From Bilabrum cf. latius (taxonomy: Eukaryota), in contig OZ237765.1 of the NCBI GenBank assembly GCA_965178125.1, forward strand, positions 744,001-808,000: DNA of 64,000 bases, given 5' to 3'. Positions 37,189 to 48,704 of the stretch are shown here, in pieces; the stretch's first letter is position 1, and each line of letters begins with the position of its first letter. The notes beneath the pieces are model-generated. The model was not told the origin of the DNA. It did not search any database and worked only from the letters and a program-made list of their open reading frames with translations. The translations under genes were made by a program, and so were the position numbers.

Positions 37189-40100
37189 GCCCTCGCCCTC
37201 GCCCTCACCCTCACCTTCACCTTCACCTTCACCCTCACCATCAATGATGACCCCACTACCGCTGCCGCTGCCGCCAGTTCTGGCCCTGCCACTAGGCGCC
37301 GCTTCCTCACCATCGGCGTGATGAGTGCGCATGATTGCCTCGGCCACTGCCCGAACCGATTCCAGTGCCTGCCTAGACGAGTGCTTGACCCAGGGGTTGC
37401 TATTGCCCTGGTCTGTGTCGATAGTCCTGGCCTTGCCCTTGTCATCGTCCTAGTACTAGCGTGTGCTCTTGATCCTAGCCTTGGCCTTGGCTGTGTCCTC
37501 CATTTGGTCCCACAGTCCAAGCATCGCCTGTTCAATCACCTCTTCCGATCCCAGCCCAGCCGCCCACCGCATTGGAGCAGGCATCACAGCGCTGCCGACC
37601 TGCATCCACAACGTGCTGGCCACGTCCCTGGCGCGCCGTAGGATCGCGTTTATTCTCCCCACCCTGAACTACGAGATCGCGATCTGCTTGCGTACCCGCG
37701 TGACTGCGTGCATTTTGTAATACGTGCTGCTCACTTTCCGCACCTCCGGGTGCAACAGCACACGGTCGGGCTCGGGCTGATCTACAACGGATTCTGAGGA
37801 TGGCGAAGCACCTGCACCTGCACCTGCACCTGCACCTGTACCTGCACCTGCACCTGCACCTGCACCTGCACCTGCACCTGCACCTGCACCTGCACCTGCA
37901 CCTGCACCTGCACCTGCACCTGCACCTGCACCTGCACCTGCACCTGCACCTGCACCTGCACCTGCACCGGCACCGGCACCGGCACCGGACGAGGACGAGG
38001 ACGAGGACTGGGGCCTCAGGGAGTCGAGTCCGTCCTTGGCAGCTTGCTCGCCCCGTGTCTGCCGCAGGGCAGCGGTCGCACCTGTCCTTTTACGCCTCCC
38101 CACCCCTTTGCCTTTGCCTTTGCCTGCCTCTTTGTTGCTTGTGGGGGAGCTGCCTGCGCCCCTCGCACAGACTGCCTTCTTTTCTTTCGACTTGCCTTTC
38201 GACTTGCCTTTCGACTTGCCTTTCGACTTGCCTTTCGACTTGCCTTTCGACTTGCCTTTCGACTTGCCTTTCGACTTCACGTTCTTCCCGGCCGCCTATT
38301 CTTTTAAAAGCTCCCCAGTCTCCCCCACTGTCCGCTCCTCCGAGGCACCTGCAGCACCAGCTCCGCCCGTCCGCTGCCTCTGCTGCTGCACCTCGGCGCG
38401 CCCCACCCTCTCTAACTCGTGCTCGGTCTTGAGCCACGCGCGCGCGCGAACGACCTCGTCCAGCGACAGGCCGTATGCGAGCTACCCGGCCGTTTCCCAC
38501 TCCCCTTCTGTCAGTTCCCTCAGACCGTGCTCCTTCCTGAGGCGGCGAGCCTCTGCCTGCACCAGCTCCCGCGAGCCGCCCTGCCTCATCCCGAGCGGGA
38601 TGGCCACGCCAGGGCCCGGCGGAGACCCTCGGCACAGCCGATGGGCGGCCACTACTTGCGCCCTTAGTGTCTCCAGCTGGCGGGGCAGCAGGGCACCACC
38701 CCCGAGGTACAGCTTGGACACCTTGGCAGACGTATCCGAGTGCCAGTGGGGCCTGCCTTCATGTGGGCGCATCGTGTGTATGCCTGTGCTGGTGCTGGTG
38801 TTGGTGCTCGTGTGGCCAGGATTGCTTCCAGTAGTGCCCCCTGATGATTGGTGTTCCCCTGGCGATGCTCTGTTGCTCCCTGCGGCGCTCTTCGATTCAT
38901 CGCCTTCCAACTGCGGCGGCCAAGAGTTGGTCACGTGCCGGTGCGAATACGCCCACCCTGCGTGCTCTGCACATTCATCCGCCCCCGCCTCGGAAGCACG
39001 CCTGGCTCTCACGGTCTCAAGTTCACGCGCAAGCGCCTCACTTCCATCCTACCCACTACCGCCGCGAGCGAGTGCCTCACCTAGAGAGCTTGCCTGCACC
39101 TGCCATGCCTGCACCTCGCACATGCTGCCACGCTCAGCCATCCCCTAGCTGCTGTCAGTGCCCTTGCCCGGCTTGGATGCCCCCTGCTTACCTTTGCTCT
39201 CACTGGTATCGATGCAGGCATCAAACCCGACCACGACACCAGCATCTGTACCATCGTGCGATGTACCATCACCGCCCATTGGCCTAGATCCGTTCGAGCC
39301 GCGCTGGCCCGTCCACGCCCATCCCCACACGGGATGGGATTTCCTGTCCTCCTCAGCAGCCTGCAGCACCTCTTCGTCAGTCACGCACGACACGCCCCCT
39401 GCAGCCAGAGGTGCTACCATCTGGCCCGCCTAGGTACTGGAATTTGAACTTTCGGATGTGGCGGAAGCAGTCGACTCGTGCTCCGATCCCGATGCGTGCG
39501 GGGGAGCCCCATCCTGGGCTATCGCTTCACCGTGCGGCGCGTGTATCTGCATAGAGGCCCGAGGGCACAGCGCCCTTCCTGCCTCTGGGGCGATCCTGCC
39601 GCGCGTGCTGCCCGCCCCACCGTCCGGAACCTCATCGAGGCAATCGCTTCCATTTGTCAGGTGGCTGAGGGCCTGCTTGGCAGCTGGTCTCCACATGGAA
39701 GCGTGCTCGTCCATTGCACCCAGGGCAGCTGCCTCTGCGATGGCGGGCGAGGGCGCGTTCCTGAGTATGAGCGCGATCTCTATGCTTCGCTTAAGGGCGC
39801 GCGCGAGCCCGTCTCCCCTCTGCAGCCCCAGGCCGTGCCAAGCGGGACGGTCCCAGCACGATAGCTTGGTTTCCCCGCCCCCGTTGGCCTCTGCGCCCCT
39901 CTTCTCTACGAGCCCCCGAAGAGCGAAGTGGCCACCGTGCAGCGCGGAATCTTCCAGCCGTGCATGCCGCAGTGGCGGGGCCAGGCCTGGCAGCCTGGAG
40001 TTCATGCTGTAGGCCGACCCCGCGAGGGGAAGAGTCAGCAGCGCGCTGTCAGCGGGTCGGTTGCCGAGGGGGGGCGGCAGGGCGACTAGGGGCAGGAACT

Positions 40101-42564
40101 ATCCATTCCCCGCAAGGGGTGGCTCCTGCTCCCCGGCGGATTCATGCTGCTTCCTGGCCCGTTTTCTTGAGGATCGCCGTGTTCTGCCCGGGTCAACGCC
40201 TGCCTAGGCCTGTGCATGTGCCTGTAATGGCAAAGAGAGCGTAGCAAGGCGTTGCAGGCTTGATTCATGCGCATCGACAGCGCTGGATTGCCCCACCATG
40301 TCACGCACCATGCTCGGAAGATGTTCCCTGCGCACAAGGTCGGAAGGGTGGCGCCCATCCTGGGCCTCCTCATGGTCACCTGCCTCCATGCTGGATGCAG
40401 GCAGGGCGCATGCCTGCGCGAATGCCAGGTCAGTGATGTCACTCACCTGCAGTTGCGGGTACACCCGCCTAGATTGCAGCTGCCGAACGGTCACTTCCTC
40501 GCTCCTAAACCGGGAGTATAGCTTCAGCGCGAGACCAGACCGCAACCTGCGGGCATCCACGCCATCAGTTCCTCTGCCAGTCGCAGGGTCACCCTCCAGA
40601 CACTCCCGCATGCGCAAGGTGGCGGCCTCGAGGCTTGTGCGATGCTGCAGGAGGGACGCCTGGAATGCTGTTCGAGGCTTCGGCAGCGGGACATGACGCT
40701 GGTCGGGGCTGCTCCTGCTACCATCATTGCTGATACTTTGCTGCTCCCCAGAACAAGCACGGGTCTACATATCTTCCTCCTTTTGGGCATGCATCGGCTG
40801 TTGCTGGGCTTGCATCGGCTGTTGCTGGGCTTGCATCGGCTGTTGCTGGGCTTGCATCGGCTGTTGCTGGGACACATTCTCCTGTGATTGATCATCAAGC
40901 CTAAGCTTGGGCGGGCTAGCAGGTGGCTCGTCGCCTTCTGAACCAAACAGTTGTAGTACAGCTGGCGCTGGTGCTGGCGCTGGTGCTGGTGCTGGCGCTG
41001 GTGCTGGCGCTGGTGCTGGTGCTGGCGCTGGTGCTGGCGCTGGTGCTGGTGCTGGCGCTGGTGCTGGTGCTGGCGCTGGTGCTGGCGCTGGTGCTGGTGC
41101 TGGTGCTGGTGCTGGTGCTGGTGCTGGTGCTGGTGCTGGTGCTGGTGCTGGTGCTGGTGCTGGGGTTGAACTCCCGTAAGAACTTCTAACGCTGCTGCTA
41201 CTAGCTGTGGTACCAGGGGCTCCCACACATCCACTCTGCACCGACTGTCCTGAACCACTGGCGCGCACCTGTCCATCGCGAGACCCATTGGAGGCGGGCC
41301 CGACCCCCCCCCACTGTCCTGAAACACTGGCGCGCACCTGTCCATCGCGAGACCCATTGGAGGCGGGCCCGATCCCCCCCCACTGTCCTGAAACACTGGC
41401 GCGCACCTGTCCATCGCGAGACCCATTGGAGGCGGGCCCGACCCCCCCCCACTGTCCTGAACCACTGGCGCGCACCTGTCCATCGCGAGACCCATTGGAG
41501 GCGGGCCCGACCCCCCCCCACTGTCCTGAACCACTGGCGCGCACCTGTCCATCGCGAGACCCATTGGAGGCGGGCCCGACCCCCCCACTGACAAAATGCC
41601 TCTTTCCATTGAAGCGCCCGAACACAGCGGCCAGTGCACCCGCAGCCTGGGCCGCAGTCATGTCCAAAGAGATGGTCGGGCCAGGCACTCCCCCTGGGCC
41701 TGGGCCTGCCACGGTTGCGCGGGTGACCCCTGACGACGATGAGGAAGAGGAAGAGGAAGAGGATGAGGACAATGAGGAAGAGGAGGACGATCCATTAGTG
41801 CCAGCACCAGCACCCGCGCGGTCCTTGCCCCCAGAGCCAGGAGCGTCAGCGTCACCCGGCGGCCCCCGGGCCTCCTCCTGCCTGGCAGCAAGCTCGTCCA
41901 CCGGGACCCGCGTGCCCTCGGGGAGCGGAGTGGGGTCAAGAACGAAATACCTGCGGATGGATGTGCGCATGAACTCATCTGCTCGTCGAATTTGCTTCTC
42001 CGTGTCTTTCTGGGCTGCTTGTTGGACTCGCAAGGCCGCTGTCTGCTAAGCTTGCTCCAGCGCCCGCCTGGCTTCGCTCCTGTCGGCATCTGTGACTTCG
42101 GCGTTGTGCTACTTGAGTGCAGCCAAGGCAGCCAACGATACGCTTTCACCAAGCAGTTCCTGTGTTGCGACAGCCTCACGAACCCCACGTTTCCATGCAT
42201 CACCCTGCACAGCAGCCAAGCTATTTCCTAGCAGGCTCGGCAGGAGAGCGTCAAAAGGAACCACTGGCGGAAGCTGTCGCGGCCCTGTCTAGAACCAAGT
42301 TCGCTCCCCAAAGAAATAAAACACAACTGGCCATTCGTGCTGCACCCGAAGCTTGGGGTTTCTTCTTCTCTGCTGCTGCACGTTCCTATGAATCAATTGC
42401 TCGGGAGCCTCGCAAACCCGTGATACACGTACGGCCCAAGGCAGACCCTTTCCATAGCGCGTCCAGCCAATTGTGTTAATTGGAAGTTTCTGCCGCCATT
42501 CAGGGACTGCCAGAGCATCTGGTACTCCTTTCGCCCCATCACCAGGTGTGGGCTGCTCCTCCAT
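36577..42564 (-). CDS. ~1995-aa protein with N-terminal PWWP-like domain and many internal tandem repeats
   Basis: One frame from ATG 42564 to TAA 36577 containing 16 in-frame TAG and no internal TAA/TGA. IGWTRYGKGLPWAVRV...VVFYFFGERTWF resembles a PWWP domain. Confidence 0.7.
36683..36920. repeat. 48-bp coding minisatellite, 5 copies
   Basis: Unit GCTGGCAGTGGCACTGTGGGCCCACTTGGGGCAGACAGACCCGCACTC at 36683, 36731, 36779, 36827 and 36875. Confidence 0.95.
36931..37010. repeat. (CTCTCC)n hexamer repeat encoding Gly-Glu/Gly-Asp on the minus strand
   Basis: Directly visible. Confidence 0.9.
37155..37240. repeat. Degenerate (CCCTCR/CCTTCA)n hexamer repeat encoding Glu-Gly
   Basis: Directly visible. 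Confidence 0.85.
37809..37988. repeat. (CACCTG)n hexamer repeat encoding Gly-Ala
   Basis: Directly visible; near-perfect array. Confidence 0.95.
38185..38276. repeat. 12-bp repeat (GACTTGCCTTTC)n encoding KSKG
   Basis: Directly visible; about 7-8 copies. Confidence 0.95.
40790..40871. repeat. 21-bp repeat encoding QQQPMQA, ~4 copies
   Basis: Unit GCATCGGCTGTTGCTGGGCTT. Confidence 0.9.
40961..41162. repeat. (GCTGGT/GCTGGC)n hexamer repeat encoding Pro-Ala
   Basis: Directly visible. Confidence 0.95.
41244..41590. repeat. 69-bp coding minisatellite, 5 copies (23-aa unit)
   Basis: Units start at 41244, 41313, 41382, 41451 and 41520 and encode SGQWGGVGPASNGSRDGQVRASG. Confidence 0.95.
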
Positions 42565-42895
42565 GGAGCACAGCGCACAACACTGAGGTGGGGACGGGAC
42601 AGGCCTGCTATAGGTTTGAATGCGGCTTCCGTATGATTACGTGACGGCGGATCGCAGAATTGAAGGCGCTTCGGTAGGGCAGTGACAAGGCCCGGTGGTT
42701 GCGTGTGGTTCCGCAATCCGCGGCGCCGCGAGACGACAGGAGCTAGGCTAGATCTAATCCATGACCAAAACATTCCAAACATCGGATTCCATCTGATTGA
42801 TACATAAGTTGGGTGCTGGCCATTTACGCTCATCACGGCAGGCTTCACCTTCGCCTTCACATTCCGACTCACCTTGCTAGGCTGGTCTAGTCAGA

Positions 42896-44177
42896 TCATC
42901 TCCTCCCCGCCTCCGCCTCATGCTCTTTCCGCCGCGCATTCCCACGCATCCCTGCATCCCCATCCTCTTCCCCTGCCCCTCCCTCGGCCCAGGCTTCCTC
43001 TACCGCGCTCTGCAGCCTCGCATCCAGCTGGGCATGCTCGGCCTTCTTGAACTCCCCGCTCACCCGAGACAGCACCTGCGCGCGTGCCAGCAGCTGCTGC
43101 ACATCTTCGGCCCTCACCTGCCGCCCGTCCGTCAGAGGAACGTTCGAGGACACGGGGCCCGGTGACGGGATCTGGGACAGAGGGAGCTGATCGAACCTTC
43201 GCGAAGCTTCCTTCTGCGCCCGCACGTCCTCCTCCTTGGCGTCCAAGGTGCGCCGGACGCTCTCCGCCTCTTTGCCCTGCAGCCGGCCCGACTGCTCCGC
43301 GTGCGAGAGCATGGCGCGCTGCAGGCCCAGCATGGCCTCCCCCGGGTCCACCGGTGGAGCGGGGGCCTGCAGGTACCCGTCCTCGCTCCAGCGGATGCCC
43401 TTGCCGACGTCCTCCTGCCTCACCCGCTCCGAGGGGCTCTTCGGGATGTCAGAGTCCGAGCGGGGGGCCATCCCGGCGGCGGCGTTGGGATCCAGGCGGT
43501 TCATGACCCGCCGCAGCTCCTTGCGCTCCTTAACGGTGAGCGAGGCGACGTATTTCTTGGCGGCAAGCTCGGCGTGCTCGCTCATGATCTTGTCCTGCAG
43601 CTGAGCCGCGTGCGCCTGCATTTGAGCGCGCCGTGCCGGTGTCATCTTCTGGCCAGATGCGCTGTACTACCAGCGCAGCAAATTAAGCTCAAAGGAAACC
43701 TCGCTATCGTATTCTTTCCACTCTGGCATCTCGTGCACGGTGCGGAGCACTTCGTTCGATACCGCGGATTCCTCCGCAAAACCTGTGAACAAAACAAAGG
43801 CAACTTGAGGCACGCCAGATGTTTGCGCAATATATTATGTCTTGAAGGAGTACGCATGTATGCTCACGCTTCAAGGCATCGAAAGGTGTTTTGGGTGGCT
43901 TGTCCTCCCAGCCAACTCCGGGCCGCTGCCTTTCTGGTGGTAAGCTTTCCCCAGACGACGGAACCAGTGCTTCACTTGAGTTACCAGCTGAATGCTATTC
44001 CGACGCTGCATGCTCTTTCTGTCTCATGGCCTCGTTCGTGTTGCCTAGGAGATGTGCGAAACTCGACAGGTTCAGGTTCGTCTTCCAAGCGGCAGCTCGC
44101 AAGCCCAAACGTCGTCGGCACTCAGTACACAGCGTGTTTCGGGTAGACCGCAAGGTCCTGAATGCACGAGCTGCCAT
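42896..44177 (-). CDS. Hypothetical protein with mitochondrial-type presequence
   Basis: Exons 44177-43868 and 43782-42896 with a phase-1 GTGAG...CACAG intron. N-terminus MAARAFRTLRSTR. In-frame TAG at 43995 and 43667. Ends TGA. Confidence 0.6.
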
Positions 44178-44294
44178 CTTGATGCTAAGACTGCTGCAGC
44201 GTTGTGGCGGCACAGATGGACTTGAAGCAAGTTCCGGTCCACGAAAATCGAACCAGTCATGTCGCAGTGATCGCGCCAGCATGATAGTGAAGCT

Positions 44295-47200
44295 ATGATC
44301 AGGCCAGGCCAGCATCTGCTATCACAACCTCACCATACCTAGCCACCCGGTACCGGAATATCCGCGGCAGCTAGGGTTGCATTCGCTGAGGTTGACGTTC
44401 GTAGAGATAGCTTTGCATGGTCTGTCACACAGAACTCGGTCACAGAGTTCAGGGCCCCTGTACATACATCAACATGTAGCAAGTGCGTGGAATGGGTAGC
44501 CTAGATTGGACTGCTGGCTTGGTTGCAGCAGCAGCACGGCGGCGCGAGGCGCATCTGCGTCGCATGCAGCGATCCCTCGGAGGCACAGGACGTGTTCGAT
44601 TCTCTATTAAGAAGGTCAAGCATGCCAGGATCTTGCATTTCTGGCAGTAGCGTTCGCCATCTGGTGGACGCGGTTCCCGTTGCTGAGGGTCGTTGCTTGG
44701 AGCGCAGGCTGGCAGCTGCAAGCAGTGCTAGGGCAACAGCAGGAACCCTGATCACTTCACGTGCCCCTGTCTCTCTAGAAGACACTATTGAAGTGACGAC
44801 CGCAGAGTCCGTCCGCCGCACTCTGCTTGTCGATCCCAGTTTGGGCTCGTGGGGCGTGCTGCTGCTGCCCTCCTGGTCCAAGAGGACGCGGGCACAGGCC
44901 ACCCTGCTCGCATGGACCAGGCTGCTCACTCGTCACACCAGGCGGCACGATCTACGAGTGGCGGTCCTAGAGTCACATTACGCAGAAGACCCGCTCCCCA
45001 CTGGTGCACCGCCAGACTCAGCCTCCGGCATGCAGGTGGTGCTCCATGGGAAGGAGGCCGGTGCCCCCTCTGTGTTTCCGTCCGCTGGCATGCACAAGCA
45101 TCACGCCGCATTGTCGGGTGCATTAGAGCCCACGGAGCACCCCGGCATGTTCGTGATGAAAGAACGAGAACAGAGCAGGCCGGCTGCACCAAGCAGCGTG
45201 AATGGTACTGCAACTGGCAGCAGCACTGCACTCGTCACACGGGGTGCAACACGATCATCATCAACAGCAGGGGCCGTAATGATCCGTGCCAGTGCGGAAC
45301 CTGCTCTCAGTACGTACTGGAGGTAGCCATCTCAGCTTGAGCTGAAGCTGGGGCTCGTGCACGGAGCGAGCAGAGCCGGCAGTGATGGTGGTGCAGGGGT
45401 CGGTACCACTGGAACGACTGGCAGCACTAGAAGCAGCACTGATCATGCGTCTGAGCCGAGGCCTGCTGTGGATATGCGGATAGAAGCAACGTCCGTATCA
45501 CGCAAGCGAAAAAGGTCCAGGTGGGGACCTGCTGCCCCTGGCCCTGCCCCTGCCCCTGCGCCTAATCCTGCACCCGGCATACCCCCAGCCAGCCTCAACT
45601 GGCCCCCAGCAGCTCCTCCCGCAGTTGGCAGCTACGGGCTGGTCACATGCACCCCGCCGGCCCTGCCTCCGCACCGTGACGAGTGCTTCCTGTCGCAGCC
45701 CCTGGGGTAGAGAGCACAGGGGGGGCTGGCAGAGGCGGCCGCGGGTGCGGCGCTGCAGTGGCTGGAGGAGGTACAGGGGCACGGGGCAGGTACAGGGGCA
45801 GGGGCAGGGGCAAGTGAAGGGGCGGTTGTGGTGCTGCTGCCCACTGCGGCGGAGGTGAGGGAGTGCAGCGCACTGCTGCGTCGAGTGGGGACTGCCAGCA
45901 TGGAGGGCACCAAGGTAGTCGAGGTGCTGGGACCCAGTCAGTCGCAGGCCAGGGGCAGGGCACTTGGTGCAGTGCGCAGACTGGGCCAAACCGCCGTCAT
46001 CGTGGCATGCGGCGGAGCAGAGGCGATCGCATGGCTCCCACCACAGGACATTGCGTGCCTGGTGGACTCGGGGCGTGAGGCGGTGCTTCAGGAGGGAGCC
46101 AAGGAACAAGTGGTCCCTGTGGTGGCCGTTGTTCCCTGTGGCCGCGCGGAGGTGTTCGAGCGCTCTTCCCTGGTGGGCCCCGGGCGTGGGCGGCGGGGGC
46201 GCGCGGGCGACTGGCGCGTGCTGTTGTCCCGCGGGGAATTGCGAGGCATGGCCAGCGGCCGACCTCCTGCCTGGGTGCGCCGCCCCGACCCGCTGGCCAT
46301 GGGACTGCAGCTGGTCCTTACGCCTGCTGATTTCATCCCCATGGACAAAACAGAAGAAGGGGCCCGGTCCTCGGGGAACAAACCGGGGGGCTTGTGTGCT
46401 CTTGGTGGGCTAGAGCTGCCGGGGACACAACCGCCAGCCGGACTGCTTCAGGCTGCATGGCGTGAGCTGGGCCGGTGGGGGGCCGTGCCTGCGGATGGGA
46501 AGGCTGTGCTGCATCCGGTGGGCAGAGCCATGCTGCGGCTGCCTGTTCCTCTGCCCGAGGCCTGTCTCTTGCTGGCTGGGGCAAGGTCCGAGCTGGGTGC
46601 GGGCGGGGCGGGGCGAGCTGTGCTGGGGGCGGTGTGCCTTGCTGCTGCGGCACGAGAGTGCGGAGGCGTGTGGACAGCGGCAGCAGCAGGTGGTCTGGGT
46701 GGCGATGGGGAGCTGCGGGGTGTGGCGAGGACGCCCGTTCCACCGAGACTGCAGGGGGGGAGGGGCGGCGGTGGTACTGGCGGCAGGCGTGGGTTTGGCA
46801 GGGGCAGGGGCAGGGGCAGGGGCAGATTCGGCAGGGGCTCTGATCACAGGGGTGCGCGGGGGAGGCAGTCAGGCATCGTGGGAGAGGAGGAGGACGACGA
46901 GGAAGAGACGGGCAGCGGCCTTCTGGACGGAACAAGGTATATCTCGCAGAGCGGGGACATCGGCACGCTGGGGGCTCTCTGGAGCGAGTGGGAGAGCATG
47001 GAGGCACACTCGTCACAGTAGAGCCAAAGGTCATCCAAGCGGGCGGGCCGATGGTGCCGGGAGTACGGCCTCATGCAAAACACCTTCCTGCGGGCTGCCT
47101 CGCTGGTACAGGTGCTGCAAGAGGGGCTGGCGGCTGCCGTGCGAGCCGAGCTGCAGGCTGCGGCACCGCCCGGCACGTGGATGCACCGCATGCCAGCTCA

Positions 47201-48611
47201 TGCCCCTTAGACATCAGGGTCGCTGTCTGTCGGACCGGCCGGTGGCTTGGATCCAGAGGTGCTGAGGCGCTGTGTGAGCGTAGGACTGCGAGGCCGACTG
47301 GCCCGGCATGATGGCAGGGGCGTGTTCGTGACTCTATCCGGGGGACTGCGCGCCGCGCTGGCCCCTGGGAGCTCCCTGGGGACTCGGCCGCACGGCTCTT
47401 TGCCCGACTGGGTGGTTTTCATGAGGATGATTCCGGCGATCGAGCCCGCCAAAGACCCCGCTGGCAGGGTGCGAGCTTTGATGCAGAGGCATGGGGGCTC
47501 CATGCTCTCGAGCGGGACTGGGGCTGGGGCTGGGAGCCGTGGCAGCACCGCGATGGTTCCGATGGGGGCGAAGCAGGGATCGGGCAGTGGCAGTGGCACT
47601 GCTGGGAGTGGCCGGCTTCAGGGCTTGCAGGTTGGGTTTGGGGTGGGCAGCGGTGACTACGGGGAGGACGACGAGGAGGAGGACGGGGACTGGGCGCAGG
47701 GGAGCGGGAGCAGGGGGGGCAGCAGCCGCATTTGGAAGGACAAGGAGGGCAAGGGGGACATGGTGGAGTGGCTGCTGCGGGACCGGTAGCCCGAGTTCAA
47801 AGCGAGGCGGGAGGGGGCAGGTGGCATCGGAGGAATGGCGGGTGCATCCTCTGGAATTGGCGGGGTAGTAAGCCATGGGTTGCCGATGCTGGTGGATGCC
47901 GAGGCGGCTGACTTGGAGACAGCTGCTCGTTGGTCGGGTGGGGCGATCTCTACCACGAGTCAGATAGAGAGAGAGGCCAAGCAAAGGAGAGACATCGCAC
48001 TGACGAGGGTGCAGAGGAAGAAAACGACAATGCAGAAGAACAATGGTGCACAGGTGAGTGGCACAACCCGGGCCAAGGTAGATCCTAGATTTGTGGACTC
48101 TGACTCTGACTCTGACGAGGAGGGCAAGAGGCGCAGGGGGAGGGGCGCAGGGGCCGGGAGCACGGGGTAGGCGGGCGTTTTGCCTAGTGCGGGTCCGTCT
48201 CCTGGTGATCATTTGAGGCAAGTGGGCGCGCTGGCTGGGCTGCGGCCGGGAGCAGCCGCCAGCACTGTCGGGGCGGATGTCGTCCGTGAGGGAGAGGCTG
48301 CACTGGCCAGTCGGGAACAAGCGGTGGGGGCCGGGGATGCAGAGGATGAAGAGGACGGTGGGTCCGGCGCCATACTGCGATTCAGAAGGAAGAAGGACAG
48401 GAAGACTGGGGGCAGGCGCAGGGGGGTGCAGATAGGCGGCGGTGGGGGTAGCAGAAAGCCGGAGCGGCTGGCCCGCAACCCATACGCGAGAGAAGAGCGC
48501 ATGGGTCTGGCAGCTGTGCATGAGGCCAGAGAGAGGAGAGAAAGGGCAGAAGCAAGGGAGGCGGACCAACGCGCTAGGGAGGTAGCTAGACAGGCGCGGA
48601 AATTTGAATGA
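44295..48611 (+). CDS. Degenerate DEAH/RHA-family helicase-like protein (RecA-like, HA2 and OB-like regions; catalytic motifs lost)
   Basis: Single frame with 7 in-frame TAG (44340, 44502, 45324, 45708, 47019, 47787, 48168). Segments LLVDPSLGSWGVLLL, GAVVVLLPTAAEV, VGRAMLRLPV, SGDIGTL, RWCREYGL and PDWVVF. Ends TGA. Start codon uncertain. Confidence 0.65.
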
Positions 48612-48704
48612 TCCGATGGATGGATGGAGACCTGCAAAATTACGGTCCAAATCCGGATTCCGGATCAGACTTGCGAGATAGAGAAAGGTGCATCGACAAG
48701 ACAA

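Larger units (their letters stand above)
1287..45240. other. Dispersed 12-mer CACTCGTCACAC / GTGTGACGAGTG (span of the 10 exact copies)
   Basis: Exact copies start at 1287, 11684, 11787, 14801, 25560, 26066, 27868, 32972, 44927 and 45229. Confidence 0.85.

Noticed and set aside
36683-41590. 48-bp and 69-bp arrays as CRISPR arrays
   Set aside because: They are head-to-tail units without unique spacers, in frame within a coding gene, with no cas genes and a eukaryotic context.
1287-45240. 12-mer as a transposon end, MITE or telomeric repeat
   Set aside because: The flanks are unrelated, there are no paired inverted ends or target-site duplications, the copies are not tandem, and host reading frames are undisturbed.
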